NCBI GenBank assembly: GCA_965230295.1
Contig: OZ246001.1
Coordinates: 1,664,001 to 1,728,000, forward strand
Length of the DNA: 64,000 bases
From: Marinicella sp.
GTDB lineage: Bacteria; Pseudomonadota; Gammaproteobacteria; Xanthomonadales; Marinicellaceae
Reading direction: 5' to 3'
The notes beneath the pieces are model-generated. The model saw only the letters and a list, made by a program, of their open reading frames with translations. It had not been told where the DNA came from and did not search any database. Shown here in pieces: positions 38,438 through 47,963 of the stretch (position 1 is its first letter; each line of letters opens with the position of its first letter). Made by a program: the position numbers and the translations under genes.

Positions 38438-39447
38438 CAGATGAATTGAGAACGATTGAGGTTCAACCATTCCAGCGCCGTGCCCGACAACATGCGTTGT
38501 TTGACTTCATCGGAATACGGCATGGAAGTGATCAATTTACCAGGCTCAAGTTCGCCCAGCGGAAACGGATAATCGGTGCCCAGCGCCAATCGCTCTGGGC
38601 CCATCAGATTGACTATGTAATCCAAAACACCTGGTTCATGCACCAGGGTATCCAGGTAGATTTGATTGAGGTATTTTCTGGGGTTGTGCGGGTTGTCGAC
38701 CGCCACCAAATCAGGCCTGACTTCAAAACCATGTTCAATGCGACCTATACTGGCCGGAAAACCCCCGCCACCGTGTGCAAAAGCAATGCGCAAATCAGGC
38801 AAACGTTCCAAAACCCCGCCAAAGATCATCGAACATATGGCCAAAGAGGTTTCTGCTGGCATCCCCACCAACCACGGTAACCAGTATTTTTCCATTTGAT
38901 TTTTGCCGACCATGTCCCAAGGGTGCACAAAAATAGCTGCCCCCAATTCTTCTGCTGCGGCAAAAACATCAAACAGTTCAGGGGCATTCAAATTCCATTC
39001 GTTCACATGTGAACCAATTTGCACGCCGGCCAAACCCAATTCTTTGACGCACCGCTCTAATTCTTTGATTGCCAGATCTGGTGCTTGCATCGGCAAGGTG
39101 CCCAAACCAACAAACCGTTTCGGGTCGGTGGCCACTTTTTGGGCCATATCATCGTTCAAAAATCGGGACAAATCATGGGTGTCATGTGGCTTGGCCCAGT
39201 AACAAAACATCACCGGAACCGTTGAGAGTACCTGTACATGTACACCATGCTGATCACATTCCACCAACCGGGTGTGGGGGTCCCAGCAGTTGGCCTCGAT
39301 GTCGCGAAAATGTTTACCATCCTGGAGCATTCTGGCGCACCCGCAGCCGGTGTGTTCAAGCTGCACAAAGCCGCCATATCCGTACTTTTCGCGTAAGTTA
39401 GGCCAGTTTTCCGGTAATATGTGGGTATGTATGTCTATTTTAAGCAT
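38437..39447 (-). CDS. nbaD: 2-amino-3-carboxymuconate-6-semialdehyde decarboxylase (ACMSD)
   Basis: IDIHTH, FVHPWDM, WLVGMPAET, AHGGG and GTDYPFPLGE motifs; ATG 39447 coupled to the nbaC stop. Confidence 0.9.
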   Translation of the reverse strand: MLKIDIHTHILPENWPNLREKYGYGGFVQLEHTGCGCARMLQDGKHFRDIEANCWDPHTRLVECDQHGVHVQVLSTVPVMFCYWAKPHDTHDLSRFLNDDMAQKVATDPKRFVGLGTLPMQAPDLAIKELERCVKELGLAGVQIGSHVNEWNLNAPELFDVFAAAEELGAAIFVHPWDMVGKNQMEKYWLPWLVGMPAETSLAICSMIFGGVLERLPDLRIAFAHGGGGFPASIGRIEHGFEVRPDLVAVDNPHNPRKYLNQIYLDTLVHEPGVLDYIVNLMGPERLALGTDYPFPLGELEPGKLITSMPYSDEVKQRMLSGTALEWLNLNRSQFI

Positions 39448-39989
39448 CAAAGATCCAGCTTGTTGTTTTCTGGCATTACCGTGCCACAATTGGCACAAGT
39501 ACGTGCTTCAACATCAGCAAAAAAGCGCTCAAAGACAGGAAAAAAATCTTTTTCTATGTCTTCTAAAGTGAAATACTCTTCATACAGTTTGTGGTTACAG
39601 TTTTCACAAAACCACATCAAGCCATCTTTTTCATGGACCAGTCGTTTTCGTTCGACCACAAGACCAATGGAGTTGGCATACCGTACCGGTGAATGTGGCA
39701 TCCGTGGTGGCAGCATAAAAACCTCACCAGCTTTGATGGGATAGTCCACCACTTGGCCATCTTGCTGGGTTTTCAATAACATTTCACCTTCCAGCTGATA
39801 AAAGAATTCCGGCCCTTCATCATAATGGTAATCACGGCGGCCGTTGGGTCCGCCGACCACCATCACAATAAAGTCATCTTCCTCAAAAACCTGCTTGTTA
39901 CATACCGGTGGTTTTAATTGGTCGCGGTGTGCGTCGATCCACTGTTTGAAATTAAAGGGTGGCATCGGCTTGGTTGACATTTCACTCAT
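39447..39989 (-). CDS. nbaC: 3-hydroxyanthranilate 3,4-dioxygenase
   Basis: [24 protein letters not shown] and PHSP motifs; two CxxC rubredoxin-like motifs. Confidence 0.95.
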   Translation of the reverse strand: MSEMSTKPMPPFNFKQWIDAHRDQLKPPVCNKQVFEEDDFIVMVVGGPNGRRDYHYDEGPEFFYQLEGEMLLKTQQDGQVVDYPIKAGEVFMLPPRMPHSPVRYANSIGLVVERKRLVHEKDGLMWFCENCNHKLYEEYFTLEDIEKDFFPVFERFFADVEARTCANCGTVMPENNKLDL

Positions 39990-40013
39990 GTTGTTCTCCC
40001 ACTTTGTGCTTTT

Positions 40014-40433
40014 TCAGTCTTGTTTAACTGATGCAATACATTTTAACTCAATCGCTATCGGAGTCGGCAATTTGTTGATTTCAACGGTGGTGCGACAGGG
40101 CTGGTTGCTGGCAAAGTACTCAGCATAAATTTTATTATAGGTCACAAAATCAGTGTCCATATTGGTCAAGAAAACCGTGACATCAACCAGGTCATCCCAA
40201 CTGGCTCCCGAGGCCTCTAGCACCAAGCGTACGTTGTCGAATACACTGCGACATTGTGTCTCTATACAATAAGAAGTGACGTTGCCGTCTTCATCCAGGC
40301 TCACACCAGGGATGTCTTTGCTGCCTTTTTTTCGCGGTCCGACGCCCGATAAAAACAACAAGTTGCCCACTTGTCTGGCATGTGGATATAAACCCACCGG
40401 TTCTGGCGCTTCGTTGGCCATGACTTTCTTCAT
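40014..40433 (-). CDS. RidA family protein, probable 2-aminomuconate deaminase
   Basis: YPHAR, FLSGVGPR, PCRTTVE and LPTPIAIELK motifs; first gene of the nbaC-nbaD cluster. Confidence 0.82.
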   Translation of the reverse strand: MKKVMANEAPEPVGLYPHARQVGNLLFLSGVGPRKKGSKDIPGVSLDEDGNVTSYCIETQCRSVFDNVRLVLEASGASWDDLVDVTVFLTNMDTDFVTYNKIYAEYFASNQPCRTTVEINKLPTPIAIELKCIASVKQD

Positions 40434-40512
40434 ATTTTGTCTTCCTCTTAAGGTTTGCTCTGGACATTGAATGGGTCACCATTCACAATGTTTGGTTTTG
40501 AGGAGAATCACC

Positions 40513-40908
40513 ATGCTTGGTTACATCACACTCGGCACCAATGATTTGGCTGCTGCATCAAGATTTTACGACAGCCTGTTTGCACAAATCAATGTCAAAC
40601 GCATCATGCCTGGTTCTGAAGAACACGGTTATGTGGTTTGGGCCAAAGACATGGAATCCACCGGTTTTTCAATCCTCAGACCTTTCAATGGTGAAGCAGC
40701 CACACCTGGAAATGGCCATATGGCAGCCATTGCTGCTGAATCACCAGATCAGGTTCAACAGCTTTATCACAAGGCACTTGAGCTGGGAGGCCGGTGTGAA
40801 GGTGAACCTGGTGATCGGGGCAATGGCTTTTATGCTGCCTATTTTCGTGATTTGGATGGTAACAAACTCAATGCCTATTGCATGACCAATCACACAGAAC
40901 AGGAGTGA
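40513..40908 (+). CDS. VOC/glyoxalase family protein
   Basis: MLGYITLGTNDL, PGNG and FYAAYFRDLDGNKL motifs; AGGAG RBS before ATG 40513. Confidence 0.9.
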   Translation: MLGYITLGTNDLAAASRFYDSLFAQINVKRIMPGSEEHGYVVWAKDMESTGFSILRPFNGEAATPGNGHMAAIAAESPDQVQQLYHKALELGGRCEGEPGDRGNGFYAAYFRDLDGNKLNAYCMTNHTEQE

Positions 40909-40912
40909 ATTG

Positions 40913-42730
40913 ATGATTAAAAAACTTTTTAAATATTTAGCCGGTTTGTTGTTATTGGTGTTGGTGTTGGGTTCTGCCTTTTTTGTCCATGTGTGGTATT
41001 TCAAACCCTATGACATCAACCTGTTTTTTGGCCGAACGGCCCTTCAGTTTGCTTTAGAAAGCCCTGAAACCCTCAGCTCTGTCAGGGTTTTAGAAGGGTT
41101 TGGCATTGATGGGCACAATGCTGAGCTTGATGATGCCAGCTTGGCATCTGGCGACCGAACCATTGAAAAAATGCTTGACGCCCATGAAACCTTACTGTCC
41201 TATGCCGATGAAGATTTAGACCCCGATGATAAAATGTCTAAAGATGTGATGTTGTCGCTGTTAAACATCATGGTAGAAGGCCAAAGATTCCGTTTTCATA
41301 ACTACCCTGTCAATCAGTTGTTTGGTGTTCAAAACGGGTTTCCCTCTTTCATGGAAAGCACCCACCAAATAGAAGACAAAGGCGATGCGGAAGATTATAT
41401 CAGCCGGCTTTCGAAGGTGGGTATTAAGTTCGATCAGGTGTTGGAAGGATTGGCCCACCGTGAAAACCTGGGTATTTTACCTCCTCAGTTTGTGGTGACT
41501 AAAGTTTTGGAAGAAATGAATGGCTTCGTCAACACACCCGCAGAGGACAACATTTTGTTTACAGCTTTCAGTCAAAAAATGACCGATGCCAAAATACCGC
41601 AAGAACAACAAAATGTAATGGCTCAACAGGCCAAAGACACCATTGAGCAAACGGTGTATCCAGCCTACAAAAACCTGATCTCCTATTTCGAACGCCTCGA
41701 TGACAAAGTCAATGAAAACCACGGTGTTTGGAACTTACCAGATGGTGATGCTTTCTATGCCCTGGCCCTTAAGTTTTTCACCACCACCGACTACAGCCCT
41801 GATTACATCCATAACTTTGGTATACAAGAGGTCGATCGCATTCAGGCTGAAATCCTCAGCATTCTGGCCAACGAAGGCTGGGACATCAGTCAAGGGTTTA
41901 CCTCCAGCATTGAAAACATGGCCGTCAGTCCCCGTTTTTATTATTCCGACACCGATGAAGGCCGTGAACAAATCTTAGATGACTACAAGTTGATGTTGGT
42001 AGACATAGAAAAACAAATGGACAGCCATTTTCATGATTTCCCAAAAGCAGAAATGGACGTACAAAGAATACCTGAATTCAAAGAAAAGACTTCTCCTGGC
42101 GCCTATTATCAAAGGCCGGCTATGGACGGATCCAGACCAGGGGTGTTTTATGCCAACCTGTATGACATCAAGGCCACACCCAAATACGGCATGAAAACCC
42201 TGGCCTACCATGAGGGCATTCCAGGCCACCACTACCAACTGGCCATTCAACAAGAGTTGGACAACATGCCTTTTTTCCGCAAAATGGTTCCATTCATTGC
42301 CTACAGTGAGGGCTGGGCCTTGTATGCCGAAAGGGTGGCTTTTGAAATGGGGATGTTACCAGACCCCTATGACAACATTGGTCGTTTGCAAGCGGAATTG
42401 TTCCGTGCGGTGAGGCTGGTGGTAGACACCGGCATCCATGCCAAACGTTGGACCAGGGAGCGAGCCATCGACTACATGTTGGCCAACACTGGCATGGCTG
42501 AATCTGACGTGGTATCAGAAATCGAACGGTATTTTGTGATGCCGGGACAAGCAACGGCCTACAAAGTAGGGATGACCAAAATACTGGAGCTGCGAGAGAA
42601 AGCCCAAAACGCTTTAGGTGAAAAATATGACATCAAAGATTTCCACCGTGTGGTGTTAAACAACGGCTCTGTGCCGCTGAACATCTTAGAGCAATTAGTG
42701 GATCAGTACATCCAAGAAAAACAATCTTAA
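40913..42730 (+). CDS. DUF885 family protein (putative zinc peptidase), N-terminal anchor
   Basis: YHEGIPGHH, EGWALYAE, RAVRLVVDTGIH and PGQATAYK motifs. Confidence 0.9.
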   Translation: MIKKLFKYLAGLLLLVLVLGSAFFVHVWYFKPYDINLFFGRTALQFALESPETLSSVRVLEGFGIDGHNAELDDASLASGDRTIEKMLDAHETLLSYADEDLDPDDKMSKDVMLSLLNIMVEGQRFRFHNYPVNQLFGVQNGFPSFMESTHQIEDKGDAEDYISRLSKVGIKFDQVLEGLAHRENLGILPPQFVVTKVLEEMNGFVNTPAEDNILFTAFSQKMTDAKIPQEQQNVMAQQAKDTIEQTVYPAYKNLISYFERLDDKVNENHGVWNLPDGDAFYALALKFFTTTDYSPDYIHNFGIQEVDRIQAEILSILANEGWDISQGFTSSIENMAVSPRFYYSDTDEGREQILDDYKLMLVDIEKQMDSHFHDFPKAEMDVQRIPEFKEKTSPGAYYQRPAMDGSRPGVFYANLYDIKATPKYGMKTLAYHEGIPGHHYQLAIQQELDNMPFFRKMVPFIAYSEGWALYAERVAFEMGMLPDPYDNIGRLQAELFRAVRLVVDTGIHAKRWTRERAIDYMLANTGMAESDVVSEIERYFVMPGQATAYKVGMTKILELREKAQNALGEKYDIKDFHRVVLNNGSVPLNILEQLVDQYIQEKQS

Positions 42731-42746
42731 ATCCTGAAATTAAGTT

Positions 42747-42780
42747 AAAAAAAAGCCAGCCCTTGAACAAGGCTGGCTTT
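42747..42780. terminator. bidirectional terminator
   Basis: A-run then AAAGCCAGCC(C)TTG-AA-CAAGGCTGGCTTT. Confidence 0.8.
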
Positions 42781-42799
42781 GCTTCGGTTCGACAAAGGC

Positions 42800-44206
42800 T
42801 TATTTCAAACCACGACGTTTTTTAATTTCTTCCATTTTTTGTTGGCGCTCCATGTGCTCATCCATTTTGTATTTGGTGGGTGATTTCATGATGCTCAAAG
42901 GCTCCCAATTCTGCTCTGGTAACAAACGCCCCATGACGTCAATTTTTTCCCATTGTGAATTGGCAGCATAATACACATGGCCTCCAACCAAAGTACCATT
43001 ACCCAAGGTCTTAAAGGTCGGGTTAGAAGCTTCTATAGGAAACATGTTTTGCAAGAACAAGTCTTGCTTCAACACATAACGCATCAAACGAGCCGGTTTA
43101 ACACCACTTTGAATGGCCACCAAGTCACCATCATCATAGAACAAATCATTGATGCCTGAGACATAACCTGATTTTGAGCGAACCAAAGGCGCCAGTTGTT
43201 TGGTTTTCATGTTGACCAAAAACAAACCTTGATCGTAGTCCGACAAGTAAAGGATAGATTCATCGGCGTTGCTGGTGATGGCTTTGACGGTGCTCAGTCC
43301 GGAAATGGTTGTGACTGATTCAACTTGTTCACTGTTTTTAGCAATCCTAAAAACCTGGCTGTTGAAGGCATTGATGAAGTACAGGTTTTGTCCTTGGGTT
43401 AAATGTAATGCAGTAAACAACAAGGGCTGTGTGGTTCTTTGCATGGAAAAGTTTTTCAGTACTTCGCCTGTACTTAATTTGATTTTAGAAATCATGGCGT
43501 GGCCAAAGTTGGCTTGAGTGGTGCCGTTGTAATGTGGCATCGTGGCTGAAGAAACCCACAGCAAATCGGCTTGTTCATCGGTCACCAAATCAACGATGCC
43601 CCAAGGCCCCGTGCTGGGATCGCTGGGTTTGATGAACTCTTTGAATCCGCCTTCTTCAGTGTATTGGTAAACAGAGCCCGCACGGGTACTGCCTAATAAA
43701 AAACGCTTGGCATTGGCATCATAAGCCAGATTTTCAAACAACATGCCTGAATAATGGTGGCTGACTTCAAAGACTTGTTGACCTTCTCCAAAAGCATCTC
43801 CATTTTTAAGCATGTTTTCTTCAATGTAATCAAACACGTTGGTGGTTTTTATTTTTTCAAAACCCTCTAGATCACCCACCGGGTAGCTCAAGCCCGCTTT
43901 TTGCAACTCAATCAAGGCGTTATAGGCTTCTGATTTTTTATCTTGTTGCGCATAGGCCTTGGCCAGTGAAAACTGAAAATCAGGATTGAAAGGGCGCAAG
44001 GTGATCAACCGTTGTAACACCACTTCTTCGCGACTGAACTGCTCTTTCTTTTGCAGCTCCCTGGCCAATTCGATCAATTGAGGGATGCTGTTCATGGCTT
44101 TCACATCGTTGGCAAACACCGCTTCCGGGTCCAGCTCTTGGGCTTGTACACAGAAATTGCAAATCAAAATCAGGCACAGGGTTATTTTTTTCATAAAGGT
44201 TGGCAT
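42800..44206 (-). CDS. exported protein with TPR and beta-propeller (SMP-30/gluconolactonase-like) regions
   Basis: Signal peptide; TPR-like helices; propeller-type strands (ENLAYD, LLWVSS, LYLSDY, YYAANSQW). Confidence 0.7.
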   Translation of the reverse strand: MPTFMKKITLCLILICNFCVQAQELDPEAVFANDVKAMNSIPQLIELARELQKKEQFSREEVVLQRLITLRPFNPDFQFSLAKAYAQQDKKSEAYNALIELQKAGLSYPVGDLEGFEKIKTTNVFDYIEENMLKNGDAFGEGQQVFEVSHHYSGMLFENLAYDANAKRFLLGSTRAGSVYQYTEEGGFKEFIKPSDPSTGPWGIVDLVTDEQADLLWVSSATMPHYNGTTQANFGHAMISKIKLSTGEVLKNFSMQRTTQPLLFTALHLTQGQNLYFINAFNSQVFRIAKNSEQVESVTTISGLSTVKAITSNADESILYLSDYDQGLFLVNMKTKQLAPLVRSKSGYVSGINDLFYDDGDLVAIQSGVKPARLMRYVLKQDLFLQNMFPIEASNPTFKTLGNGTLVGGHVYYAANSQWEKIDVMGRLLPEQNWEPLSIMKSPTKYKMDEHMERQQKMEEIKKRRGLK

Positions 44207-44375
44207 ATTAAAAAGTTCCTATAAGACCCCTTTAATTAATCGAGGTTCAATACAAAGCGCGGCATTTTAACAGAAAAGCAGCCTTTTGGCCTTCAGTTAC
44301 GGAACTTCGGAGCCATTAATAGCTGTTTCTGCATTGGCTTGCTGCTAAAATGGCGTTTTTTTTCGATTGGCCTTG

Positions 44376-45425
44376 ATGGAATTAGACAACGATTTATATT
44401 TACGTGCCTTGCGCAGAGAACCCACTGAACGAACCCCTGTGTGGTTGATGCGACAAGCGGGGCGTTACTTACCTGAATACCGAGCGGTCAGGAAACAAGC
44501 TGGCGACTTCATGACGCTGGCCAGCACACCAGAAATGGCCTGTGAAGTGACCATTCAACCTTTGGAAAGGTTTCCATTGGATGCCGCCATCATATTTTCT
44601 GACATTTTGACCATCCCTGATGCCATGGGCTTGGGCTTGTATTTTGTCCAGGGAGAAGGCCCCAGGTTCAAAAACCCCATCACCGAAGCCAGCCAAATAG
44701 ACAGGCTGCCGGTACCTGAAGCCGAAGATTTACAATATGTAATGGATGCCATCTCACTGACCACAAAAACGTTGAATGGCCGCGTTCCTTTGATTGGTTT
44801 TTCTGGCAGTCCCTGGACATTGTTGACTTATATGATTGAAAACGGTGGCAGTAAAACATATGCCAAATCCAAAGCGCTGTTGTACAAAACCCCTGAGTTG
44901 GCACACCAGTTGTTGGATAAGCTGGCCCAATCGATCGTTAAATATTTAATTGGCCAGATTCAAAGTGGTGCATCAGCCGTGCAAATTTTCGACAGTTGGG
45001 GTGGTGTCCTCAGTCCCACAGATTTTCACAGATTTTCTTTGCAATACATGCAACAAATTGTTGATGGTTTGCATGACGCAGGCTTCGGCGAAACGCCCGT
45101 GGTGTTGTTCAGCAAAGGGGCCAACCAAAGCTTGAACGCTTTATCAAAAACAGGTTGTCACGCCTTGGGTGTTGATTGGACCATTGACATCAATGATGCC
45201 CAGAAACTGACCGAAGGCCGGGTGGCTTTGCAAGGCAACCTTGACCCAGCCACTTTGTATGCACCTGATGACTACATCAACCAGGCCGCTAAAAAAGTGA
45301 TCGATGCTTATGGCAACCAACCTGGGCACGTGTTCAATTTAGGTCACGGCATGCAGCCTGACATGTCACCTGAAAAAGTGGCGGTGTTGGTTGAGGCGGT
45401 GCGTCAGCATTCAAGCAAAAGCTGA
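44376..45425 (+). CDS. hemE: uroporphyrinogen decarboxylase
   Basis: PVWLMRQAGRYLPEY, FSDIL, QGNLDP and FNLGHG motifs. Confidence 0.97.
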   Translation: MELDNDLYLRALRREPTERTPVWLMRQAGRYLPEYRAVRKQAGDFMTLASTPEMACEVTIQPLERFPLDAAIIFSDILTIPDAMGLGLYFVQGEGPRFKNPITEASQIDRLPVPEAEDLQYVMDAISLTTKTLNGRVPLIGFSGSPWTLLTYMIENGGSKTYAKSKALLYKTPELAHQLLDKLAQSIVKYLIGQIQSGASAVQIFDSWGGVLSPTDFHRFSLQYMQQIVDGLHDAGFGETPVVLFSKGANQSLNALSKTGCHALGVDWTIDINDAQKLTEGRVALQGNLDPATLYAPDDYINQAAKKVIDAYGNQPGHVFNLGHGMQPDMSPEKVAVLVEAVRQHSSKS

Positions 45426-45427
45426 TC

Positions 45428-45763
45428 ATGAAATATAAGCTCACTCGTTTGATTGATATACCCATTGGACAGTGGTCAGAGTTCACCCTACAAACCCAAA
45501 ATGGATTCACGTCTGTGATGGTTAAACGTGGCCAGACCGATTGGTTGGCATACATCAATGAATGTCCACATCAGGGGCGACGCATGGATTATGCAGAGAA
45601 TGCATTTTTAGAAACCCCTGATCACCAATTGGTCTGCCCTGCCCATGGTGCCACTTTTGATGCCAATACCGGCTTGTGCACCAGTGGTCCCTGTGCAGGT
45701 CAATCACTGGTTTCTTTGGTTGTCAGTTTTGATCACAAGGACGTCTTCATTGAACTCGCTTAA
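45428..45763 (+). CDS. Rieske [2Fe-2S] ferredoxin
   Basis: CPHQ...CPAHG Rieske ligands; GxCxxGPC. Confidence 0.9.
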   Translation: MKYKLTRLIDIPIGQWSEFTLQTQNGFTSVMVKRGQTDWLAYINECPHQGRRMDYAENAFLETPDHQLVCPAHGATFDANTGLCTSGPCAGQSLVSLVVSFDHKDVFIELA

Positions 45764-46151
45764 ACCCCTGCTTGGACTGATGTTTCGCTATGGCCTGGTC
45801 GGTGTGTTGGCCAGCCTGATTCATGCCGGTATCAGTTTGGCTGTATTGGCGCTGTTTGACATTCAGCCCTTTTGGTCACATGCCATCGGTTTCTGTGGTG
45901 GGTTGATCACTGCATACCTGGGTCATTACCATTATTCATTCAAAGATGATGGTCAACACAAACACCGTTTTCCAAAGTTCGCGATCACGGCAGTTACCGG
46001 TTTTGCACTGCACCAAAGTGGCGTCTATTTATTGGTCAATCAAATGCAGTTGCCTTACAAGACTTTTGCTTTACCTGTGGTGATGGTGAGCGTGCCTGTG
46101 GTGACATTCTTGATGTCGAAGTTTTGGGTGTTTCGTAATACGCAACATTAA
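45750..46151 (+). CDS. GtrA family protein
   Basis: RYGLVG, YSF and ...SKFWVF motifs; 4 TM helices; TTG 45750 with AAGGA RBS, or a downstream ATG. Confidence 0.85.
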   Translation: MNSLKPLLGLMFRYGLVGVLASLIHAGISLAVLALFDIQPFWSHAIGFCGGLITAYLGHYHYSFKDDGQHKHRFPKFAITAVTGFALHQSGVYLLVNQMQLPYKTFALPVVMVSVPVVTFLMSKFWVFRNTQH

Positions 46152-46333
46152 ATGGCACCAGCTTAAAGTCAGCTGGCAGGTTTTCTAAGTCATCTTCATC
46201 CCAAAAACAGAATTCTTTCATGGTTGTTACCTGGTTAAAAAAACCATGATATCGATGAGTTGTGACCATGTTGGGGCATTTTCCTGACCAATTATGGCTG
46301 GCTTTTTATGGCTAACGAATAAGCACAGCAGGT

Positions 46334-46849
46334 TTAACTGATGTTTATATGCATGACTAAACTTTCGGTATCCTGGCCAGGTAATGTACTGATGGTTTGT
46401 TTTTGTAAACCCAACTTTTCTAACACCCGGATTGATGCCACATTATCAGGATTGGTGTAAGCCAAAATCACTTCACTGAGCTTTTCCTTGGCCGCCCATT
46501 TCATGATCGCCTGGCTTGCCTCCGTACAATACCCACCGCTGCGGTACTCAGGTAAAAAGGCAAAGCCAATGTCTGGTGGGTTGTCAGCATCCCTTTTGAC
46601 CAAGCCACATATCCCCATCGGTGTGGGGTCATTTTTTAATGTCACTTTATACAAACCATAACCGTGGCTGCGATAGGAATTGATCAAACGTTCTTGTAAG
46701 TACTGTTCCGCTGATGCCAGGTCGGTGATGCCTCGATCGCCAATAAACCGCAAACAGTCCGGGTCAGTGAACAAGGCTTGAATAAATGGTCCATCTTCAT
46801 TGGTTAGCTCGCTCAATTTTAAGCGGCTGGTGTTAATTTCAAACATCAT
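46334..46849 (-). CDS. GNAT N-acetyltransferase (RimJ/RimL type)
   Basis: TSRL, GICGL, DIGFAFLPEYRSGGY and NVASIRVLEKLG motifs. Confidence 0.9.
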   Translation of the reverse strand: MMFEINTSRLKLSELTNEDGPFIQALFTDPDCLRFIGDRGITDLASAEQYLQERLINSYRSHGYGLYKVTLKNDPTPMGICGLVKRDADNPPDIGFAFLPEYRSGGYCTEASQAIMKWAAKEKLSEVILAYTNPDNVASIRVLEKLGLQKQTISTLPGQDTESLVMHINIS

Positions 46850-47388
46850 TTCTTGGGTTTCAGTTGGGCTTGATACCGTGGTTTCCCATGTCGCTTCAGA
46901 TCATATGTCAGTATTTTGCTTTGGGGGTCATATTGCAGCATCCACACATTGGTGGCCGCGGCTGGTATCAACACAGCTGTTTCACCATCCGCCGGAAAAT
47001 ACTGTTGCCACTCATTGCCGTGGTCATTGGACCAACCGCCGTAATTGGTGATTTCATCGGGTGTGCCATCGGCATGGCGGTGGTCATGTTTAAGCAACAA
47101 GCCGCTTTCTGATCGCGTCACCACCCAAGTGCGGGATCGATCTTCACCCACATCAAATTGAATGCGGATTTCTTGGTCGCGACAGTCATTGAAGTCAGCC
47201 ACCAAAAGCTTACCAGCAAAATCGTGATCGGGGTCATCAGGAAAGGTGCTGGCACCTGTGAACGTTTGCCCACACAATGATGCCAAGTTGTCATAAAAAG
47301 CCTGTTGGCTGTTCTGCGGTTTTTCTTTGCAAGCAACCAAGAAAAGGGCTGTTAAAAAAAGCAGGGTGGTTCTTTTACTGAATATCAT
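46846..47388 (-). CDS. hypothetical lipoprotein
   Basis: ATG 47388; lipobox LVAC; conserved-looking LKHDHRHADG motif. Confidence 0.75.
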   Translation of the reverse strand: MIFSKRTTLLFLTALFLVACKEKPQNSQQAFYDNLASLCGQTFTGASTFPDDPDHDFAGKLLVADFNDCRDQEIRIQFDVGEDRSRTWVVTRSESGLLLKHDHRHADGTPDEITNYGGWSNDHGNEWQQYFPADGETAVLIPAAATNVWMLQYDPQSKILTYDLKRHGKPRYQAQLKPKK

Positions 47389-47390
47389 GG

Positions 47391-47960
47391 TTAATCCTGT
47401 TGGTAACAAAAACAGTCGGTGGTGTGGTCGTTGACCAATCCAGTGGCCTGCATCAATGCGTAACAAATGGTGGTGCCAACAAACTTGAAGCCCCGTTTTT
47501 TCAGGTCAGTGCTCAAAGCATCAGACTCCGGTGTGCTGACTGGCACTTCTGCCATGCTTTGCCAGTGGTTAATGATGGGCGAACCGCCAACAAAGGCCCA
47601 AATGTATTCATTGAAAGAACCGAATTCTTGCTGGACCTTAAGAAAGGCCTGGGCATTGGTCACGGTGGATTTGATTTTCAGGGTGTTGCGCACAATGTTG
47701 GGGTTTGCCTTCAGCTTGAGCTGTTTGGCTTCCGAATATTGGGCTATTTTTCGGTAATCAAAACCATCAAATGCGGCCCTATAACCTTCTCGTTTGTGCA
47801 AAATGGTGGTCCAGCTCAGCCCCGCCTGGGCGCCTTCTAAAGTCAGAAATTCGAACCACACCTGATCATCATATACCGGCCGCCCCCATTCTTCATCATG
47901 GTATTGTTGATCCAGTTCGGTGGTGTTGGTTGCCCAACCACAACGTGTTTTTTCATTCAT
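47391..47960 (-). CDS. tag: DNA-3-methyladenine glycosylase I
   Basis: RCGW, YHDEEWG, LEGAQAGLSW, GFKFVG and NDH...C motifs. Confidence 0.96.
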   Translation of the reverse strand: MNEKTRCGWATNTTELDQQYHDEEWGRPVYDDQVWFEFLTLEGAQAGLSWTTILHKREGYRAAFDGFDYRKIAQYSEAKQLKLKANPNIVRNTLKIKSTVTNAQAFLKVQQEFGSFNEYIWAFVGGSPIINHWQSMAEVPVSTPESDALSTDLKKRGFKFVGTTICYALMQATGLVNDHTTDCFCYQQD

Positions 47961-47963
47961 AAA

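Noticed and set aside
44301-44335. GGAACTT as a sigmaE -35 upstream of hemE
   Set aside because: No matching -10 at 16-17 bp spacing.
45750-46151. GtrA as a sign of a prophage serotype-conversion cassette
   Set aside because: No gtrB, integrase or phage genes; it sits in the hemE operon.
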